Shown here in pieces: positions 58,562 through 64,000 of a stretch of 64,000 nucleotides of DNA. Each line of letters opens with the position of its first letter. Within the stretch, counting starts at the first letter, position 1. Source of the DNA: Infirmifilum sp. (GTDB taxonomy: Archaea; Thermoproteota; Thermoprotei; Thermofilales; Thermofilaceae); contig JBEULP010000117.1 of assembly GCA_041287245.1 (NCBI GenBank), forward strand, positions 96,001-160,000, in the 5' to 3' direction. A model generated the notes under the pieces. It was not told the origin of the DNA and did no database searches. It saw only the letters and a list, made by a program, of their open reading frames with translations. A program made the position numbers and the translations under genes.

Positions 58562-58912
58562 ATGAAGGACGAGAAACGCTTAAAGGAAGTTGGGGCACTA
58601 CGAGTGAATACTATCATCAAGCTTTATGCGTTAATCCTCCTAGCGGAGGGTGAAAAACACGGATACGAGCTAATGAGGACGCTGGAAAAAATGACTGGAA
58701 TGCCTATAGGACCCTCTCAAATATACCCATACCTTAAAAAATTAGAGGAAGCAGGTCTCGTAGAATCAAGAGAAATAGGCTCACGTGACAAAAAGTCCTA
58801 TAGGCTTACTCCTGAGGGTATAGAATTTGTTAGGGATGTTCTAGAGCGATCGCTTACGGTAATTCAGACTGCGGTTAAGGTTCTTGGTCGGGATAAAATC
58901 TGCCTACCATGA
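58562..58912 (+). CDS. PadR-family transcriptional regulator
   Basis: HGYEL, IYPYLKKLE..GLV and KK.Y.LT..G motifs. Confidence 0.92.
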   Translation: MKDEKRLKEVGALRVNTIIKLYALILLAEGEKHGYELMRTLEKMTGMPIGPSQIYPYLKKLEEAGLVESREIGSRDKKSYRLTPEGIEFVRDVLERSLTVIQTAVKVLGRDKICLP

Positions 58913-59011
58913 TACCACAAATGAGGCTCCGATCACTTTCCTGAAAATTAAAGGGATAAATGGCTAAGTATGTGAATCTTTAAATAAACAACAAGGTTAG
59001 AAGAGGATTCG

Positions 59012-60166
59012 ATGTTTAAAGCGGCTGTTATAGGGCTAGGTCCTGCAGGCGCCTCTGCTCTGAAACGCCTCAACGAACTTGGGATTAAGGCAATTGCTAT
59101 TGAGAGAAAAAAGGCTCCGGAAACACCTACGGTGTGCGGCGAGTTTCTCCCAGACCCCGATGTCATCTCTTTTATATCTAGAAAACCTTCTGTTAAAAAA
59201 GCGTTTGAATACATAGGCTTGGCGTCACGGCTAAACACTTTTAACGAAATATACCTCGAACTCGAAGGGGTTAAAACCTTTAGGATGAATATTAGCGGCT
59301 TCACAATCAGTCGAAAGCAGTTAGTTGAGAAGCTTATTGATGGCTCTGAGTATGTGTTAGACGATGATGTGGTTAGCATCAAACGACTTTCGAATAGCTA
59401 CATAATTAAGACTCGAAGGGGGCTTTCCATAGAAGCGGAATATATCATCGGAGCAGATGGTTATCCATCATCCGTAAGAAGGCTATCAGGGTGTTATGCA
59501 CAAGTAAGTGACGAGGATGTCGCCGTAGGAATCAATGCCAAGATAGAAACTCCTGAGATGAAGAGGAACATGATTTACATGTATGCCTCTCTCTCAACTC
59601 CCGGCGGATACGCGTGGATAATACCTCACTACAACTTCATATCGAATGTTGGAATAGGTATAAGGTATAATTTTATTCGGCAGAAGGGTTATAACATCAT
59701 TCAATTATTCCAGGAATTTATTAAAAGAAATGCTAACGGATACCTTGATAACTATAAAATTATAGAACCTCCACGCGCCAGATGGATTCCAGTTTCAGGT
59801 TTCTATGGTTCTCCTGTTTGCGACAAGATATTATTCGCCGGAGATTCATTGGGTGCGACTAACCCCATAAACGGGGGTGGAATATTTACCTCTATGAGTC
59901 TTGGAATACTAGCTGCGGAAGCTGTATGGCTAGAGAACCCGAAAATCTATAGTGAACGGTCTTGGAATGAGGTTGGCAGTATATTACTTATAGGTAGAGC
60001 CTATAGAAAACTGGTTGACTTCTTCTTCGAGCATTGGAAGATCTCTCATATTCTACGCATAGTAAATGACAGTCTTGCCGCTAGGGTCATAAAAGGAGAA
60101 AGAACCATATTATATGATATTCTCAGTCTTGGAATAAGAACCCAAACCTCTGGTCAACCTCGCTAG
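59012..60166 (+). CDS. Geranylgeranyl reductase-family flavoprotein
   Basis: GLGPAG, CGE, GADG, PGGYAWIIP and GD......PINGGGI motifs. Confidence 0.88.
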   Translation: MFKAAVIGLGPAGASALKRLNELGIKAIAIERKKAPETPTVCGEFLPDPDVISFISRKPSVKKAFEYIGLASRLNTFNEIYLELEGVKTFRMNISGFTISRKQLVEKLIDGSEYVLDDDVVSIKRLSNSYIIKTRRGLSIEAEYIIGADGYPSSVRRLSGCYAQVSDEDVAVGINAKIETPEMKRNMIYMYASLSTPGGYAWIIPHYNFISNVGIGIRYNFIRQKGYNIIQLFQEFIKRNANGYLDNYKIIEPPRARWIPVSGFYGSPVCDKILFAGDSLGATNPINGGGIFTSMSLGILAAEAVWLENPKIYSERSWNEVGSILLIGRAYRKLVDFFFEHWKISHILRIVNDSLAARVIKGERTILYDILSLGIRTQTSGQPR

Positions 60167-60884
60167 GTTCAAGCTTCTCATAAGCTTCTGTTGTTCCTAG
60201 ATCAAACCAGAAGCTATTAGTTACATAACCCCCCACTCTTAGTCCTCTCTCGATCAAGATACGTATCAAGTCTCCCATAATGTCAATATCCCGTCTACTC
60301 TCTGCTAGCTCTTGGAGATACTCTAGAGCTCTCTTCTTTACAGCGAGGATGCCTATAGTCACAGGCTTGCCTAGAGGTGGTTTTTCCACTAATTTCACAA
60401 CGTCATCTCCTTTTAGCTCTGCCACACCTACAGCCACGCGATAATTTGGGGAGAGAGCTAACGTTGCGGTAAAATTCTTCGTACTGTGAAAAGAAAGCAT
60501 TTCTCCCAGGTTGATATCAGATAAAATATCACCATAATAGACGAGTACGTCATCAGCTTCCTCCAGAACACCCTTTTGGTATGCGTTATAGAGTGCTCCG
60601 CCGTTTCCTCCAAAGCTCGGGTCATCCCATACGTATGAAATGTTTACGCCGAGCCTTTCTCCGGCGTTGAAATAATTCACGATCTGTTGCCCTTTATACC
60701 CAACTAGCATCACGATATCCTGGATACCGTGGTATTTCATGAGACGGACGATGTATTCAAGTAATGGTTTTTGTTGAGAACCTATGGGTATCATTGCTTT
60801 TTGAAAGTAATAGGTTAGAGGGCGCAATCTTTTTCCCTCTCCACCGCAGAGAATTACACCTACAGTCTTGGGTTTATTGCTCAT
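60123..60884 (-). CDS. NDP-sugar pyrophosphorylase / nucleotidyltransferase
   Basis: ILCGGEGKRLRPLT, YGD, EKP and WFDLG motifs. Confidence 0.9.
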   Translation of the reverse strand: MSNKPKTVGVILCGGEGKRLRPLTYYFQKAMIPIGSQQKPLLEYIVRLMKYHGIQDIVMLVGYKGQQIVNYFNAGERLGVNISYVWDDPSFGGNGGALYNAYQKGVLEEADDVLVYYGDILSDINLGEMLSFHSTKNFTATLALSPNYRVAVGVAELKGDDVVKLVEKPPLGKPVTIGILAVKKRALEYLQELAESRRDIDIMGDLIRILIERGLRVGGYVTNSFWFDLGTTEAYEKLEPSEVDQRFGFLFQD

Positions 60885-61001
60885 ACGTTTTTAAATAAGC
60901 GAAATTAATTATTTGTTTTTCGCGGAACCCTCTTGGAAACCCCTTGTTAATAATTCTTGTTAAAAACTATAATAGTTAAGGGCCGCTCACTATACATTTT
61001 T

Positions 61002-62324
61002 GTGCAAGGAACGAAGTATATCTGGGAGGATGCATTCGATATCACGAGGATTAAAGCTAGATGGGTTCTCGATTCACGTTCAAATCCCACCGTTGAGACA
61101 GAGGTTTATACGCTAGACGGAGGATTTGGAAGAGCCATTGTTCCATCGGGAGCCTCAACGGGGACTCACGAAGCTCTTGAATTGCGCGATGGGTCAAAGG
61201 AGTTCCACGGTAAGGGAGTAGCAAAGGCTGTAGATAACGTCAACACCGTCATAGCGAGAGAGATCATAGGGATGGATTCGCGTCGCCAAGAAGACATCGA
61301 TCAAAAAATGATTGAGCTCGACGGAACTCCCAACAAATCACGGCTAGGAGCTAACGCGATTCTCTCAGTCTCTCTGGCAGTTGCTCATGCGGCTGCTAAT
61401 ACATACGGCATGCCTCTTTTTGCATACCTCGGTGGGATGCAAGCCTACTTGCTTCCTGTGCCTCTTATGAATATTATAAACGGGGGAAAGCACGCCGGGA
61501 ATGACCTTAAGATACAAGAGTTTATGATAGTACCTGTAGGAGCGAAAACTTTCGGAGAAGCACTAAAAATTGGAAGCGAGGTTTACCACTCTCTTAGAGG
61601 TATTCTCAAGGAAAAGTATGGCAGTCTAGCTATCAATGTTGGAGACGAAGGAGGATTTGCGCCTCCAATGAAACAGTCCCGTGAGGCTCTTGACGCTTTA
61701 GTTTCAGCTATAGAAAAATCAGGGTATCAGCCTGGAAAAGATGTTGCTCTAGCTATTGACGCAGCAGCTTCAGAATTTTTTGATGAGAAAAGAGGGGTCT
61801 ATGAGTTGGACGGCAAGACGTTCACCCGTGAACAACTAATTGAATATTACAAGGGGTTAGCACAAGAATACCCTATTGTTTCAATTGAGGATCCCCTGCA
61901 AGAGGATGATTTTGAAGGCTTCGCAATTGCAACCGAAGAACTGAAGATTCAGATTGTGGGTGACGACTTATTTGTAACCAATGTTCAGAGAATATTGAAG
62001 GGGATTTCTTCAAAGGCGGCGAACGCTCTCTTGTTGAAAGTAAACCAGATAGGAACCTTAACCGAATCCCTTGAAGCTGCAAGGCTGGTTACAAATAACA
62101 ACTACTCTGTTATAATCAGTCATAGAAGCGGCGAGAGCGAAGACATTACTATTTCTCACATCGCAGTTGCATTGAACGCTGGGCAGATCAAAACCGGAGC
62201 CCCTGCGAGAGGCGAGAGAACATGCAAATACAACGAGCTGCTCAGGATTGAAGAAGAATTAGGTTCGAGGGCAAAATATCCGGGTATGAGCGTATTTAAA
62301 CACTATCGTCTTGGTTCAATATAA
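61002..62324 (+). CDS. eno: Enolase
   Basis: DSR.NPTVE, PSGASTG.HEA.ELRDG, GDEGG, SHRSGE and [10 protein letters not shown] motifs; start probably GTG 61002. Confidence 0.97.
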   Translation: MQGTKYIWEDAFDITRIKARWVLDSRSNPTVETEVYTLDGGFGRAIVPSGASTGTHEALELRDGSKEFHGKGVAKAVDNVNTVIAREIIGMDSRRQEDIDQKMIELDGTPNKSRLGANAILSVSLAVAHAAANTYGMPLFAYLGGMQAYLLPVPLMNIINGGKHAGNDLKIQEFMIVPVGAKTFGEALKIGSEVYHSLRGILKEKYGSLAINVGDEGGFAPPMKQSREALDALVSAIEKSGYQPGKDVALAIDAAASEFFDEKRGVYELDGKTFTREQLIEYYKGLAQEYPIVSIEDPLQEDDFEGFAIATEELKIQIVGDDLFVTNVQRILKGISSKAANALLLKVNQIGTLTESLEAARLVTNNNYSVIISHRSGESEDITISHIAVALNAGQIKTGAPARGERTCKYNELLRIEEELGSRAKYPGMSVFKHYRLGSI

Positions 62325-62364
62325 AAACCAAAAATTTTTTCTAGGGTTAGATACGAGTCTTTTT

Positions 62365-63174
62365 GTGTCCACCAGTTTAAGTGGTGCAACGGTCATATCA
62401 AAAAACCTTTTAAATAAATGGGTTGAGACTGATCCTTTCATAAACAAGCTTGTTAGCCTCGTGGAAGGAGACGAGGAAGTCCGAGCCTTACTAGAAATGA
62501 GTAACATAAACGCAGTGAAGCGGCTCGGGTACAACGACCATGGTCTCGTGCATGCTAGGATTGTTGCAAGCGTATCCTTAGAAATCTTAAATTTATTGTT
62601 AAACAGGAACATCGGGTTGACATCGCTTCAGGATGGAACTACACGAAGTATTGAGGAGGTGAAAACTATTCTTGTATTAGCGAGTTATCTACATGATGTT
62701 GGTAACTCTATACACCGCGAGTACCATGAGATGCTTGGGAGCCTCCTAGCAAAGGATATAGCTGACAGGATTTTACTTCAATTATTTCCTGATATCGGGC
62801 TTCGACGCTACATGATTAGGCAAGAGGTTCTTTCAGCTATTTTCAGTACAGAATATGGAGTAAAAGCCTTGACGATGGAGGCAAGCATTGTAAAACTAGC
62901 TGATGGTCTAGATATGTCCGAGGGTCGTGCGCGATTACCCTATAAGATGGGAAAGGTCGATATGCACTCTTTATCAGCACTCAACATTAAACGCGTAGAG
63001 CTTTCTCCAGCTGAGGATGTACCTATACTCGTGTCTGTTCATATGGATGACCTGGCAGGTTTCTTCCAGGTTGAGAGAGTGCTGATGCCTAAGATCGAGT
63101 CAAGCAAGCTAAAGGGCCTGGTTAGAATAAATATATATAATGTTAGAGAAGAATTGGTAGCCTCCCTAAGTTAG
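62365..63174 (+). CDS. HD-superfamily phosphohydrolase
   Basis: RLGYNDHG..H, LHDVGN..HR..H and ADGLDM..GRAR motifs; start uncertain. Confidence 0.85.
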   Translation: MSTSLSGATVISKNLLNKWVETDPFINKLVSLVEGDEEVRALLEMSNINAVKRLGYNDHGLVHARIVASVSLEILNLLLNRNIGLTSLQDGTTRSIEEVKTILVLASYLHDVGNSIHREYHEMLGSLLAKDIADRILLQLFPDIGLRRYMIRQEVLSAIFSTEYGVKALTMEASIVKLADGLDMSEGRARLPYKMGKVDMHSLSALNIKRVELSPAEDVPILVSVHMDDLAGFFQVERVLMPKIESSKLKGLVRINIYNVREELVASLS

Positions 63175-63231
63175 TAGCTAATCAAAGATTACGCTTAATT
63201 ACCCCGATAAATTTAATCTACGCGAATAAGC

Positions 63232-64000
63232 ATGGAACTACCCGCTATTGAAGGAGGTAAGCCCACGAGGAGTATTTTCAAGGAGTATTTTCCAAGATTT
63301 ACAGAATATGAAAAACAACTTGTTCTCTCTGTGCTTGACTCGGGGAGGCTTGCATCTGGCATCGGAGGGTTTGTCCGTGAGTTCGAAAAAGAGTTTAGTA
63401 GCTATATAAATGTAAAGCATGCCCTTGCAGTATCGAACGGAACATCTGCTCTTCACACAGCCGTTGCGTCCCTAGGAATAGGGCCTGGTGATGAGGTTAT
63501 CACCACCCCATTCAGCTTTGTCGCCACGGCTACTTCGATACTTCACAACAACGCGATACCCGTGTTTGGGGACATTGAACTTGATACTCTCAACTTAGAC
63601 CCTGATACCATCTCCGATAAGATAACAGCTAGAACAAAGGCAATCCTTGTTGTCCACTTAGCAGGGCATCCGGCTGAGATGGATGAGATCATGAAGATAG
63701 CTAATGAACACGGTCTTGCTGTTATAGAAGACTGTGCTCAAGCTATAGGAAGCGAGTATAGGGGCAAAAAAGTTGGCGCTATAGGAAACGTCGGTGCATT
63801 CAGCTTCTATCAGTCAAAAAACATGACTACTGGAGAAGGAGGTATGGTAACAACAAACGATGAACTCATCTATAAAAAGGCTAAACTCTTCATTGAACAT
63901 GGCTCCGAAGAAAGGTATTACCACACCGTCCTGGGTTGGAACTACAGGATGACCGAGCTCCAAGCCGCTCTGGGCTTGGGACAGCTGCATAGAATAGAGG
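63232..64000 (+). CDS. DegT/DnrJ/EryC1/StrS PLP-dependent sugar aminotransferase; 3' end runs off the window
   Basis: Hand translation from ATG 63232 gives MELPAIEGGKP...SNGTSALH...GPGDEVIT...EDCAQA...SFYQSKNMTTGEGG; absent from the ORF track. Confidence 0.92.
   Translation, partial: MELPAIEGGKPTRSIFKEYFPRFTEYEKQLVLSVLDSGRLASGIGGFVREFEKEFSSYINVKHALAVSNGTSALHTAVASLGIGPGDEVITTPFSFVATATSILHNNAIPVFGDIELDTLNLDPDTISDKITARTKAILVVHLAGHPAEMDEIMKIANEHGLAVIEDCAQAIGSEYRGKKVGAIGNVGAFSFYQSKNMTTGEGGMVTTNDELIYKKAKLFIEHGSEERYYHTVLGWNYRMTELQAALGLGQLHRIE

Noticed and set aside
58921..58944. ATGAGGC-N13-CTGA, half of a C/D-like unit after PadR
   Set aside because: The second box pair is missing and the C box is degenerate
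1..64000. CRISPR arrays, IS elements, integrases, prophage, rRNA or tRNA genes
   Set aside because: No regularly spaced repeats, transposase or integrase motifs, or stable-RNA signatures seen by eye; intergenic gaps are at most about 325 nt

Overview
A gene-dense stretch of archaeal chromosome. Gene content points to a hyperthermophilic crenarchaeon (class V FBP aldolase/phosphatase, Taw3, archaeal IleRS, geranylgeranyl reductase, TATA-box promoters, GGTGA ribosome-binding sites, a box C/D sRNA). My impression is Thermoproteales, possibly Thermofilaceae, but that is inference. About 63 CDS, mostly housekeeping: a P-type ATPase, two complete peptide/nickel-family ABC operons, a split biotin-dependent acyl-CoA carboxylase, a metal ABC system with a NikR-like regulator, DNA repair and nucleotide genes, an isoprenoid/quinone cluster, ileS, tatC, speE, ppa and eno. 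I saw no rRNA, tRNA, CRISPR array, transposase or integrase. Most notable observations: (1) a ~120-nt intergenic fold-back at 4238-4359 with G-U wobbles only on the + strand; (2) a carboxylase operon with a degenerate PxpC-like gene and a 57-aa epsilon-like ORF missing from the ORF track; (3) a circularly permuted family-5 solute-binding protein; (4) a perfect 26-bp palindrome with repeated GTGCAY boxes in the metal-ABC divergent promoter, next to a NikR variant with altered ligands; (5) a box C/D sRNA at 53569-53617; (6) a putative saturated-menaquinone tailoring module. All product calls come from motif recognition by eye; no database searches were run.
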